NCBI GenBank assembly: GCA_964016885.1
Contig: OZ024741.1
Location: 164,672,001 to 164,736,000 of the forward strand
Reading direction: 5' to 3'
DNA length: 64,000 nt
DNA from: Eledone cirrhosa
Taxonomy: Eukaryota
Every line of letters starts with the position of its first letter. The first letter of the stretch is position 1. The notes beneath the pieces are model-generated. The model had not been told where the DNA came from. It searched no databases and saw only the letters and a program-made list of their open reading frames with translations. Below are positions 40,577 through 54,230 of this stretch, in pieces. The translations under genes were made by a program, and so were the position numbers.

Positions 40577-40868
40577 GGTTGTGAGTTCAATTTTCAGACC
40601 GGGCGATGTGTTGTTTCCTTGAGCAAGACACTTTATTTCACATTGCTCCAGTTTACTCAGCTGTAGAAATGAGATGATAGGGACTGGGGTCCATATCATT
40701 CCACTGCAAAGTGGTCGTGGAGGTGCCACGGAAAAAAAGCACCCAGTACTCACTGTAAATGAGGTTGGTGTTACGAAGGGCATCCAGCTGTAGAAATCAA
40801 GCAAGAATCAGTTCCCGTCCCACCCTTGCAAGCAGGGAAAAGCGGATGTAAAATGATGATGATGATGA
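40577..40868 (+). mobile_element. SINE family A, 5'-truncated
   Basis: Starts just before the B-box. Confidence 0.88.
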
Positions 40869-40949
40869 TATGTATATATATATATACAGACACACACACT
40901 CCATCCTTCATCCACGTCCCTACACATCACTCTTCACCAGATAAGTGCC

Positions 40950-41355
40950 CTACCTTAGATCTACCTCTTCAACTCCCATACACATCCCCCAACCCAGCCT
41001 CCAGACCACACTGTAAAGTGATCGTTTTTGTTCCACGACAAAAAGCACCAAGTCCACACAGTACAGTTGTCATATTGGTTTCATGCCAACAAGTGCCCAG
41101 ACCACACTACAAAGTGATCATATATGTGTCAGAAAAAAAGGACCCAGTCCACACTGTAAAATGGCCATTTTGGCGCCATAATAAAAAGCACCCAGTACAC
41201 GCTGTAAATGTGGTTGGCATTAGCTGAAGAAACCAAGCAAAATTCAGTTTTGTATGAGCAAGACACGGTCATATCATCTGGCTTGTCTCATAATGGGACA
41301 ACTCGTCTAACCCGTGCTAGTATGGGAAAATGGACATTAAATGGTGATGATGAAG
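40950..41355 (+). mobile_element. Diverged RTE 3'-UTR element
   Basis: Repeated cccagtccacactgtaaa, ends ggacattaaatggtgatgatga. Confidence 0.65.
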
Positions 41356-41439
41356 ATATATATATAAATTAAAGATGGGGTTTCATAGATATTCTTTACA
41401 TCAAAGACAAGCTGGAGTTCAACAACAATAAATATACCT

Positions 41440-43420
41440 TACAGTGGTCTTTCTAACAGTGTAACACTGAGCAATCTTGTCATGTAACATACAGTGGTCT
41501 TTCTAACAGTGTAACACTGAGCAATCTTCTCATGTAACATACAGTGGTCTCTCTAACAGTGTAACACTGAGCAATCTTCTCATGTAACATACAGTGGTCT
41601 CTCTAACAGTGTAACACTGAGCAATCTTCTCATGTAACATACAGTGGTCTCTCTAACAGTGTAACACTGAGCAATCTTGTCATGTAACATACAGTGGTCT
41701 TTCTAACAGTGTAACACTGAGCAATCTTGTCATGTAACATACAGTGGTCTCTCTAACAGTGTAACACTGAGCAATCTTCTCATGTAACATACAGTGGTCT
41801 CTCTAACAGTGTAACACTGAGCAATCTTCTCATGTAACATACAGTGGTCTTTCTAACAGTGTAACACTGTCAGCAATCTTCTCATGTAACATACAGTGGT
41901 CTCTCTAACAGTGTAACACTGAGCAATCTTCTCATGTAACATACAGTGGTCTCTCCAACAGTGTAACACTGAGTAATCTTATGTAACATACAGTGGTCTC
42001 TCTAACAGTGTAACACTGAGCAATCTTCTCATGTAACATACAGTGGTCTCTCTAACAGTGTAACACTGAGCAATCTTCTCATGTAACATACAGTAGTCTC
42101 TACAATAGTGTAACAGAGATACCTTATGTAACATAGAGTAGTTTCTACAACAGTGTAACACAGAGCTACCTTATGTAACATAGAGTAGTTTCTACAACAG
42201 TGTAACACAGAGCTACCTTATGTAACATAGAGTAGTCTCTACAACAGTGTAACACAGAGCTATGTTATGTAACATAGAGTAGTCTCTACAACAGTATAAC
42301 ACAGAGCTATGTTATGTAACATAGAGTAGTCTCTACAACAGTATAACACAGAGCTATGTTATGTAACAGAGTAGTCTCTACAACAGTGTAACACAGAGCT
42401 ATGTTATGTAACTAACAGTAGTCTCTACAACAGTGTAACACAGAGCTACCTTATGTAACATACAGTAGTCTCTACAACAGTGTAACAGAGCTATGTTATG
42501 TAACATACAGTAGTCTCTACAACAGTGTAACACAGAGCTATGTTATGTAACATACAGTAGTCTCTACAACAGTGTAACACAGAGCTATGTTATGTAACAT
42601 ACAGTAGTCTCTACAACAGTGTAACAGAGCTACCTTATGTAACATAGAGTAGTCGCTACAACAGTGTAACACAGAGCTATGTTATGTAACATAGAGTAGT
42701 CTCTACAGCAATGTAACAGAGCTATGTTATGTAACATAGAGTAGTTTCTACAACAGTGTAACACAGAGCTATGTTATGTAACATAGAGTAGTCTCTACAG
42801 CAATGTAACACAGAGCTATGTTATGTAACATAGAGTAGTCTCTACAGCAATGTAACACAGAGCTATGTTATGTAACAGGGATGGTGAAATTATTTCTGAA
42901 TTGGGATAGAGACCCCAAAATTTGGTCAATTTAGTTGCTGTGATTAGTTTAGCTGTTATTATTGTGGATTGGCAGTATCAGTAGAGGGTCGGACCCCATG
43001 CTTTGACGCATAGAGTTACGGCCCTTGCCATTCTGAGTTCAAATCCCGCCGAGGTTAACTTTGCCTTTCATCCTTACAGGGTCGATGAAATAAAGTACCA
43101 GTAATGTACTAGGTAATTGCTGGCCTTGTGCCAAAAGTATTGACAATTATTAAATATCAACCAAGATATAAAAAACTTCAATATACGATAAACATAACAT
43201 GTATATAAATAAATTGTAGCACATATAGAAATAGATGTGTGTTCTATTAGTTTTGGGGAAAAATATAATTATAGGTGGGTGTGGATGAGAATGGTCTCCT
43301 GCCCCCCCCCCCCCCCAGTCCCACTGCCCCTGTGTAACATACAATAGTCTTTTCAATAATGTAAGACCGCTGGCTAACTCATACAACATACAGTAGCCTC
43401 TCTAACAATGTAACACTGGA
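41440..43420. repeat. Minisatellite: 50 bp unit switching to a related 47 bp unit, interrupted by a MITE
   Basis: acagtggtctctctaacagtgtaacactgagcaatcttctcatgtaacat, then agagtagtctctacaacagtgtaacacagagctatgttatgtaacat. Confidence 0.92.
42876..43332. mobile_element. MITE with CAGGG ends and 5 bp TSD (hAT5-like), containing SINE B (42965-43150)
   Basis: TGTAA|cagggatggtg...cactgcccctg|TGTAA. Confidence 0.6.
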
Positions 43421-43472
43421 CGTTACTCCATTGTAAGTATAAGGTGTGTGAAATAGCAGTAAAGTACCTCAA

Positions 43473-44730
43473 ATGAGAGCAGTACTATGTATTACATATG
43501 AACAGTACTATGTATTACATGTGAGCAGTACTATCTATTACATGTGAGCAGTACTATGTATTACATGTGAGCAGTACTATGTATTACATAACAGTAGTAC
43601 TATGTATTACATGTGAGCAGTACTATGTATTACATGTGAGCAGTACTATGTATTACATGTGAGCAGTACTATCTATTACATGTGAGCAGTACTATGTATT
43701 ACATGTGAGCAGTACTATGTATTACATGTGAGCAGAACTATGTATTACATGTGATAAGTACTATGTATTACATGGGAACAGTACTATGTATTACATGTGA
43801 GCAGTACTATGTATTACATGTGAGCAGTACTATGTATTACATGAGAGCAGTACTATTACATGTGAGCAGTACTATGTATTACATGAGAGCAGTAGTATTA
43901 CATGTGAACAGTACTATGTATTACATGAGAGCAGCACTATGTATTACATGAGAGCAGTACTATGTATTACATGAGAGCAGTACTATGTATTACATGAGAG
44001 CAGTACTATTACATGTGAGCAGTACTATGTATTACATGAGAGCAGTAGTATTACATGTGAACAGTACTATGTATTACATGTGAGCAGTACTATCTATTAC
44101 ATGTGAGCAGTACTATGTATTACATGTGAGCAGTACTATGTATTACATGTGAGCAGTACTATGTATTACATGTGAGAAGTACTATGTATTACATGAGAAC
44201 AGTACTATGTATTACATGTGAGCAGTACTATGTATTACATGAGAGCAGTACTATGTATTACATGAGAGCAGTAGTATTACATGTGAGCAGTACTATGTAT
44301 TACATGAGAGCAGCACTATGTATTACATGAGAGCAGTACTATGTATTACATGTGAGCAGTACTATGTATTACATGAGAGCAGTACTATGTATTACATGAG
44401 AGCAGTACTATGTATTACATGAGAGCAGTACTATCTATTACATGAGAGCAGTACTATGTATTACATGTGAGCAATACTATGTATTACATGTGAGTAGTAC
44501 TATGTATTACATGACAGCAGTACTATGTATTACATGTGAGCAGTACTATGTATTACATGAGAGCAGTACTATGTATTACATGTGAGCAATACTATGTATT
44601 ACATGTGAGCAGTACTATGTATTACATGTGAGCAGTACTATGTATTACATGTGAGCAGTACTATGTATTACATGTGAGCAGTACTATGTATTACATGTGA
44701 GCAGTACTATGTATTACATGAGCAGTACTC
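43473..44730. repeat. 23 bp minisatellite gagcagtactatgtattacatgt
   Basis: More than 50 copies. Confidence 0.95.
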
Positions 44731-44924
44731 CATACTGTGTCTTACTTGAAGTTACAGAGAAAATATCTTGTATTTAAACATGAACAATAAAGCAATGATT
44801 AAATGTGAATGGTGATGAAAATGTGTGTATGTGTATGTGTGTGTATGTCTATAGACACACACATGCATATATTCACACCCAGACATATCTGTCTATAAAG
44901 CTGTATGCATGTATGTGAGTGTGT

Positions 44925-45085
44925 GTATGTATGTATGTATGTATGTATGTATGTATGTATGTATGTATGTATGTATGTATGTATGTATGTATGTATGTAT
45001 GTATGTATGTATGTATGTATGTATGTATGTATGTATGTATGTATGTATGTATGTATGTGTATGTATGTATGTATGTATGTATGTA
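44925..45085. repeat. (TATG)n
   Basis: Seen directly. Confidence 0.97.
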
Positions 45086-45175
45086 AGAAAATTCATATGT
45101 ATAAACAGATATTCAGTTAGTTGAATAAATATTTATTAGTGAATGTGTATATAAAAATATATAAACACACATGCA

Positions 45176-45237
<62 letters not shown>

Positions 45238-46130
45238 TATACTTTTCATTTATATATATATATATATATATTCTCACACACATATGCACATACATACATA
45301 CACAAACACATACATATATATATATATACACACATACACACAAGCATACATTCATATATTATACAGTACAGCCACAAAGTAATATAAATAGAGAACTAAA
45401 GAAATAATAACTTACTGAGTTGATTAAAAGTTACAAGAATTTATATTTTTGACAGTTATTAGATGTCTTCTCAATTCCAAACATCAGTAGAAATGTGTCT
45501 ATTGGCAGTACATCGGTACACTGGTACATCGATACATTGGTATACTGGTGGAAACATGGATCTATCTCATATACATTGGGCAATCAAATATTTCACACTA
45601 CATTTACTTCAAGACACAAATTCCTCTCTCTCTCTCTCTCTCTCTACCTCTCTACCTCCTTCTCACTATCTCTCTACCTCTTTCTCGCTATCTCTCTCTC
45701 TCCACTCTCGGTCTCTCTCTTTCTACCTCACTCTCTCTCTTTCTACCTCGCTCTCTCTCTCTACCCCCCCCCCCCTCTCTCTCTATTCTGCTAGCATAAA
45801 ATCACTGGAATCTATAAAGGGAAATTCCTTTAGTGGTGGACGTAAAGAAAAAAACACACACAAAAAGTAATAAAAATGGTAGAAAACTACAAGAAAAAAC
45901 AAGGAAGAAATTCTAGCAGAGTATAGGGTTTCCAGAGTTGAAAATGGCAAATGGGAAAAAAATGAAGAGGAAAAAATGAATAAAGTAAAGCATAGCAAAA
46001 AAGAAAAACAAAAAAGAAAAAGACAGAAAACAAATTGGTGCCACGTTTCTTGTAGAACTGTGCTAACAAATGACCTCTTTAATATATATATATGTGTTGT
46101 TTTTAATATATGTCTTTAATATATATATAT

Positions 46131-46400
46131 ATGATGTGTTGTTTCCTTGAGCAAGACACTTTATTTCACATTGCTCCAGTTTACTCAGCTGTAGAAATGA
46201 GATGATAGGGACTGAGGTCCCTATCATTCCACTGCAAAGTGGTTGTGGAGGTGCCACAGCAAAAAAGCACCCAGCACTCACTGTAAATGAGGTTGGTGTT
46301 AGGAAGGGCATCCAGCTGTAGAAATCAAGCCAGAATCAGTCCCCGTCCCACCCTTGCAAGCAGGGAAAAAGCGGACGTAAAATGAAATGATGATGATGAA
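46131..46400 (+). mobile_element. SINE family A, headless
   Basis: Begins at the CORE-like segment. Confidence 0.88.
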
Positions 46401-46401
46401 A

Positions 46402-46466
<65 letters not shown>

Positions 46467-46499
46467 TACATATATATATTCATATGTATATATATATAT

Positions 46500-47112
46500 A
46501 TGAAAGACGACAGCTGTATAAAAAAGTGCAGGGCGATCAAAATTGATGGTAGTTACGGAGTAGGTAGACCCAGAAGAACCTGGGACGATCTGATAAATTC
46601 CGACCTTACACATTTGCACCTCTCTAAGACAATGTCACTGGACCGAGATCTTTGGCGCTACACAGTAATACAGAAGACCCGCCTTGCCTATGTACAAAGC
46701 GAAACCTAGAGTCAGTAGGCACCTCTTAACCAAATATACACCCCAATCCACTGCCCCTACCCTATCCTTCCACTCCCACCAACACCACCCTCTCTCTCTG
46801 TAAAGTTGGTACCACAACATCCAGTCCAAATAAATGAGATAATGAGATCGAGATCGTGTAGGTGTCACAATAAAAAAACACAGTCCACGCTGTAATGTGG
46901 CCGTGTAGGTAACACGGTAAAAAGTTCCCAGTTCCACACTGTAAATGTGGTTGGTGTTAGGAAGGGCATCCAGCCGTAGAAAACATGCCAGATAGTCCTA
47001 TATGAGCGAGACACGGTCACCCGACCAACCTTGCCTCAAGTGGGACAACTCCCGTCTAACCTATGCTAGCGTGGAAGATGGACGTTAAACGAAGATGATG
47101 ATGATGATGATG
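46500..47112 (+). mobile_element. RTE LINE 3' fragment
   Basis: [28 protein letters not shown]; homologous to 38718-39420. Confidence 0.9.
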
Positions 47113-47154
47113 ATATACATATATATATATTCTTATGTATATATATTTATATAT

Positions 47155-47488
47155 ATGTAGAAGTTCTATTTAAATTGTTGGGATACAACAAGCAAATCTT
47201 TTTATAACTGATATAAAGCACTCAACAAATTATTGGAGTAAAAATATGATATATTAACAGATGGAAACTATATTTATAAAACCATATTTATTTCATTATA
47301 CATATTTCAAGGACACAAAGTTAAATTATGGTGTGCTTTCATCAGATAAAATATAATATAGAGCAGTTTTATAAATATTATATTTTATCTGATGAAAGCA
47401 CACCATAATTTAACTTGGTGTCCTTGAAATATGTATAATGAAATAAATATGGTTTTATAAATATAGTTTCCATTTGTTAATATATTGT
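47155..47488. mobile_element. Fold-back element with two complete opposed hammerheads
   Basis: HHR minus 47291-47351 and plus 47383-47443; arms ~47245-47359 and ~47376-47488. Confidence 0.8.
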
Positions 47489-47586
47489 ATATTTATATAT
47501 GTATATTTTGTATATATATATACATATATATATTACATATATACACATATATATATGTATATATATTATATATATATATATATATA

Positions 47587-47668
<82 letters not shown>

Positions 47669-47689
47669 ATACACATATATATATATTAT

Positions 47690-47876
47690 ATGGATTGGCA
47701 GTATTGGTAGAGGGTCGGACCCCATGCTTTGATGCATAGAGTTACGGCCCTTGCCATTCTGAGTTCAAATCCCGCTGAGGTTAACTTTGCCTTTCATCCT
47801 TACGGGGTTCAATAAAATAAAGTACCAGTAATGTACTGGGTAATTTCTGGCCTTGTGCCAATAGTAGAAACAATTA
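47690..47876 (+). mobile_element. SINE family B
   Basis: Family match. Confidence 0.85.
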
Positions 47877-47944
47877 TATATATATATATACATATAAATA
47901 TATATTATATATATACATATAAATATATATATATACATATATAC

Positions 47945-47984
<40 letters not shown>

Positions 47985-48167
47985 ATATATATTATATACA
48001 TATATATATGCGTATGTGTGTGTGTACATATTTCCTTCTTTATTAGAATAACATCATTTCAGCATCATTGTCGTTGTTGTTGGTGTTGTTATTGCTACGA
48101 CTAGTGTTATTTTTGTTTGTCACACCAAATGTCTCAGTGTATCAGGTTACATAATAATGGAGGTGGT

Positions 48168-48207
48168 GAAGAAGAAGAAGAAGAAGAAGAAGAAGAAGAA
48201 GAAGAAG

Positions 48208-48239
<32 letters not shown>

Positions 48240-48440
48240 GTAGAAGAAGAAGAAGAAGAAGAAGAAGAAGAAGAAGAAGAAGAAGAAGAAGGAGAAGAAG
48301 GAGAAGAAGAAGAAGGAGAAGAAGAAGAAGGAGAAGAAGAAGAAGAAGGAGAAGAAGAAGGAGAAGAAGAAGAAGGAGAAGAAGAAGAAGGAGAAGAAGA
48401 AGAAGAAGAAGAAGAAGAAGAAGAAGAAGAAGAAGAAGAA
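48168..48440. repeat. (GAA)n with GGA variants
   Basis: Seen directly. Confidence 0.97.
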
Positions 48441-48653
48441 TGAAAAGGAGGAAGAAATAAAGAGGGAAATATTTAGAAAAGAATAAAAAATATATATATA
48501 ACAGCAAAAAAATGGTTGTTCATAGAAATGAAGAGGTGAAGAGAGGGTTTGGAAATATAAGGGTTCTAATAAAATAGAAAGACCCTTAGCAATTAAGTAA
48601 CCTTCAATTCAATAGGAAAGAATTTAGACAGTAGACTTTAATATTTCACTTAA

Positions 48654-48851
48654 CTCTTTAACATTTAAACTGGCCAGAATTCTCTCCTCTGTTACTGTTA
48701 AAACCAGCCATAACCAGCTGCTCATACTTATGTTAAGGTATTGTTCTCAAAATAAATAACATCAAAATCTCGTAGCATCAATATTATGTGAGATGAAACC
48801 TTTACCGAGAAAATACAACAGTAAATATAGAGTAATGTAAATGTTAAAGGT
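48654..48851. mobile_element. piggyBac-like MITE
   Basis: TTAA|ctctttaacattta...aatgttaaaggt|TTAA. Confidence 0.75.
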
Positions 48852-49011
48852 TTAATATTTCTTCTCTGAAATGCAAAATAAAGTTTCCCTGGGATAAGAT
48901 GCTAGTCTATTATAAATATCCTCACTATTGTTGTAGCCTCAAGTTAAGTTTGATCCAATAGACTTATGCACAGAAACAAGTTTGTGAGTTGAGGGAGATT
49001 TGGATGCTATT

Positions 49012-50003
49012 TGGAAATATCTACACAATGCAGCAGAACCCATCTGTTAATCTACACCAGTCACCATGGTATATCTACACAATATAGCAGAGCTCATCTA
49101 TTAATCTACACCAGTCACGATGGTGATCTCTACACAATGTATCAGAGCTCATCTATTAATCTACACCAGTCACCATGGTATCTCTACACAATATAGCAGA
49201 GCTCATCTATTAATCTACACCAGTCACCATGGTATATCTACACAATATAGCAGAGCTCATCTATTAATCTACACCAGTCACGATGGTGATCTCTACACAA
49301 TGTATCAGAGCTCATCTATTAATCTACACCAGTCACCATGGTATATCTACACAATATAGCAGAGCTCATCTATTAATCTACACCAGTCACGATGGTGATC
49401 TCTACACAATGTATCAGAGCTCATCTATTAATCTACACCAGTCACGATGGTGATCTCTACACAATGTATCAGAGCTCATCTATTAATCTGCATCAGTCAC
49501 CATGGTGATCTCTACCAAATATAGCAAAACTCATCAATTAATCTACATCAGTCACCATGGTGATCTCTACACAATGTATCAGAGCTCATCAATTAATCTC
49601 CATTAGTCACCATGGTGATCTCTACACAATGTAGCAGAGCTCATCTGTGAACCCTTTACCATTTACATTACTCTACATTTACTATTGTATTTTTACGGTA
49701 AAGGCTTTATCTCACATAATTATCTCACATAGTATCGAATCTACGAGATTTTGATGATATTTATTTTGAGAACAATACTTTAACATCAATATGAGTGGCT
49801 AGTTATGGCCAGTTTAAACAGAAAGAGATGAGAGAATACTGGCTGGATATGGCCGGTTTAAATGCTAAAGGGTTAATCTCCACTAGTCACTATGGTGATA
49901 TCTACCCAATGTAGCAGAGCACATATATTGATCTCCACCAGCACCATGGTGATATCTACCCAATGTAACAGAGCACATCTATTGATTTTCACTAATCACC
50001 ATC
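49012..50003. repeat. ~60 bp minisatellite (agagctcatctattaatctacaccagtcac...)
   Basis: Two alternating unit variants; interrupted by a MITE. Confidence 0.9.
49652..49872. mobile_element. piggyBac-like MITE inserted at the satellite's TTAA
   Basis: tgaa|ccctttacc...aatgctaaaggg|TTAA. Confidence 0.8.
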
Positions 50004-50343
50004 AAGATTCTGAAACAAGTATAGCAAAAATCATAAAATTTTAACTGATTTGATACCAGGCATTTTATTTATTTAAAAAGTTTACATTCATCTAAAAACC
50101 TTTCATCATAATTTTACGTAAAAACCTTTAAGTTATGTTCCAAACACCAGCTAAATATGAGAAGTCAGTTATCTTACTTAATCACTCCAAATTCTCAATT
50201 ATTTTCAAAATTAATTGAAAATCATAGGCAATCTTTCAATAGAACTATGGTAATGAAAGGGTTAAAGTGTTTATATTTAGCTAAAAACCTTCCATTATAA
50301 TTTTATGCATGGAACTTTGTTAGGTTATTTACTAACTTAATAA

Positions 50344-50520
50344 TTGTTTCTACTTTTGGCACAAGGCCAGCAATTATCCCAGTGTATTACTGGTACTTTA
50401 TTTTATCGACCCCGTAAGGATGAAAGGCAAAGTTAACCTTGGCAGGATTTGAACTCTTTGCTGCAAAGCATGGCGTTCGACCCTCTACCGATACTGCCAA
50501 TCTACCGCTCCACCGCCCTT
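50344..50520 (-). mobile_element. SINE family B
   Basis: Family match; flanking duplication taacttaataa. Confidence 0.85.
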
Positions 50521-50566
50521 AATATTCCACCTTAACTTAATAACGAAAAAGTTTGTTATATTACTA

Positions 50567-51047
50567 CAGAGGTTCTCAAAGTGGGTGCTACTGCCCCACC
50601 CCACCCACAGAGAGAAGGGGGGGGGGGGGGGGGGGGCTGCAGCCTAAAGGGGCGGTAGAGATGATATAATAGTATATTAAATATCAATATTATATATAAA
50701 TTGGCAGTATCGGTAGAGGGTCGGACGCCATGCTTTGACGCATAGAGTTATGGCCCTTGCCATTCTGAGTTCAAATCCCGCCGAGGTTAACTTTGCCTTT
50801 CATCCTTACAGGCTTGATAAAATAAAGTACCAGTAATGCACTCGGTAATTGCTGGCCTTGTGCCAAAAGTAGAAACAATTATTTATTACATATAAATTAA
50901 TGATTTTATTTATTATATATTATTTACAATTTGCATGTAGGCAGGTCTCTCTGGAAATAGGGCAGAGGGTATTATGTGGCTCTAGGGAGAGGTCGGTGTG
51001 TGTGTGTGGGGGGGGGGGGGGGGGCTCCAAACGTTTGAGAACCTCTG
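50567..51047. mobile_element. hAT-superfamily MITE containing SINE B (50700-50885)
   Basis: TIR cagaggttctcaaa/tttgagaacctctg; 8 bp TSD TATTACTA. Confidence 0.9.
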
Positions 51048-51142
51048 TATTACTATATCCCTGCAAATCTTTCAAAATTCAAAATAAATTGAAAATCATA
51101 AGCAATATTTTTAGTTAGAAATATGGTAATAAAAGAGTTAAT

Positions 51143-51330
51143 TATTTCTAATTTTGGCACAAGGCCAGCAATTACCCCAGCGCATTACTGGTACTTTATT
51201 TTATTAACCCTGTAATGATGAAAGGCAAAGTTAACCTTGGCAGGATTTGAACTCAGACCGTAAAGGGCCGTAACTCTATACTGTAAAGCATGGCGTCTGA
51301 CCCTCTACCGATACTGCCAATCCACCGCCC
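51143..51330 (-). mobile_element. SINE family B
   Basis: Family match. Confidence 0.85.
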
Positions 51331-51449
51331 TTAGAGTTAGTAATAAATATAATCTGACACAATATCTTTTGTTACTTGTATCTGCTATAGATGTCCCTTC
51401 TAGCAGACATGGGTCAAGAGGGTTGATACCTTGTATGTGGTGACATGCA

Positions 51450-53640
51450 TTAAACACATACATACATACATACACACATACACACATACACACATACATA
51501 CATGCATACACACACACATACGTACATACATACACACACACATACACACACATACATACCCATACATACACATACATACACACATACATACATACACATA
51601 CATACATATACATACACATACATACACATACAAGTGCACCCTGCCACATGCCACAATTCATATACAAGCATATGCTCCGGCTACATAGTTAATACATACA
51701 CATAAATACATAGACACACACATACATACACACATAAATACATAGACACATACATACATACATACACACATAAATACATAGACACATGCTTCCAAACAAC
51801 ACATGCACACATTCTCTCCTTGCCCCACAAATACACATGCCCCTCACTCATGACCTTCTTCCCAAACACACATACACACACACACACACTCATACATACC
51901 CCCTAAACACACACACTCATACATACCCCCTACACACACACACACACACACTCATACATACCCACTACACACAACACACACACTCATACATACCCCCTAC
52001 ACACACACACTCATACATACCCCCTACACACACACACATACCCACTACACACAACACATTCACACATGCTCACATGAACACAAATACACACACACACTCA
52101 GACATACCCACTACACACAACACATTCACACACACACACACTCAGACATACCCACTACACACAACACATTCACACATGCTCACATTCACACAACCACACA
52201 CACACACACACACTCAGACAATCCCACTACACACAACACATTCACACATACCCACATGAACACAAACACAATCAGACATACCCCCTACACACACAACACA
52301 TGCCCACATGAACACAAACACACGTATTGAACCCCCCCCCCCCCCCCCAGATGAAAGATTCCAGTGTTGCATGACGTTGAAACTTATGGAAACTCATCAA
52401 CTTCACTGTAGAGTTTTGCTGACAAAGACTAGCACCAGTTCCAGCCTGGGGGGGATATTTATTACACACATGCATATAGGCACACCCAAGTACACAGCAA
52501 CACACACATACATACACCCAAGTACACAGTAACACACACATACATACACCCAAGTACACAGCAACACACACATACATACATACACCCAAGTACACAGTAA
52601 CACACACATACATACATACACCCAAGTACACAGTAACACACACATACATACACCCAAGTACACAGCAACACACACATACATACACCCAAATACACAGTGA
52701 CACACACATACATACATCCAAATACACAGCAACACACACATACATACACCCAAATACACAGCAACACACACATACATACATCCAAATACACAGCAACACA
52801 CACATACATACACCCAAGTTCACAGTAACACACACATACATACACCCAAGTACACAGTAACACACACATACATACACCCAAGTACACAGCAACACACACA
52901 TACATACACCCAAGTACACAGCAACACACACATACATACACCCAAGTACACAGTAACACACACACACATACATACACCCAAGTACACAGTAACACACACA
53001 TACATACACCCAAGTACACAGCAACACACACATACATACACCCAAGTACACAGCAACACACACATACATACACCCAAATACACAGTAACACACACATACA
53101 TACACCCAAGTACACAGCAACACACACATACATACACCCAAATACACAGTAACACACACATACATACACCCAAGTGCACAGCAACACACACATACATACA
53201 CCCAAATACACAGCAACACACACATACATACACCCAAATACACAAACACACACATACATCCAAACACACAAAGACACATACACACATCCAAATACACAGA
53301 AACACACACATACATACACCCAAATACACAGCAACACACACATACATACACCCAAATACACAAACAACATCCAAATACACAAAGACACATACACAGAAAC
53401 ACACACATACATACACTTAGCTTTTAACAACACATTCCACTGAACTGTAAGTATTACGCACACACAGTTGTATAGTTACACACACACAGAAGTATAGTTA
53501 AACACACAGCGGTATAGATACACACACCCAAAATAGTACAGTTATACATGCACACACACACACACACACATACACAAATATACACAGTGACATAATTATA
53601 CACAAACACACACAGAAATATAGTTACATACACATAGTAA
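51450..53640. repeat. CA-rich tract including a 32 bp minisatellite cacccaagtacacagcaacacacacatacata (52480-53370)
   Basis: Seen directly. Confidence 0.92.
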
Positions 53641-53682
53641 GGGTATTTTAGAAGGGTCTGAGATCATTCTAAAATTGGCATA

Positions 53683-54230
53683 AGATGGTTCAAAGATAGT
53701 TCTGAGCTGAATCTAAGATGTGTCTCAGATGGTTCAAAGATAGTTCTGAGCTGAATCTAAGATGTGTCTCAGATGAGTCCAAGATAGTTCTGAGCTGAAT
53801 CTAAGATGTGTCTCAGATGAGTCCAAGATAGTTTTGAGCTGAATCTAAGATGTGTCTCAGATGAGTCCAAGATAGTTCTGAGCTGAATCTAAGATGTGTC
53901 TCAGATGAGTCCAAGATAGTTTTGAGCTGAATCTAAGATGTGTCTCAGTTGAGTCCAAGATAGTTCTGAGCTGAATCTAAGATGTGTCTCAAATGAATCC
54001 AAGATAGTTTTGAGCTGAATCTAAGATGTGTCTCAGATGAGTCCAAGATAGTTTTGAGCTGAATCTAAGATGTGTCTCAGATGAGTCCAAGATAGTTCTG
54101 AGCTGAATCTAAGATGTATCTCAGATGAATCCAAGATAGTTCTGAGCTGAATCTAAGATGTATCTCAGATGAATCCAAGATAGTTTTGAGCTGAATCTAA
54201 GATGTGTCTCAGATGAATCCAAGATAGTTA
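53683..54230. repeat. 44 bp minisatellite aagatagttctgagctgaatctaagatgtgtctcagatgagtcc
   Basis: About 12 copies. Confidence 0.95.

Noticed and set aside
48117-48443. Poly-Glu protein
   Set aside because: (GAA)n microsatellite
53683-54230. cagatgagtcc in the 44 bp satellite as a hammerhead (satellite ribozyme)
   Set aside because: CAGATGA rather than CTGATGA, and no GAAA box or stems
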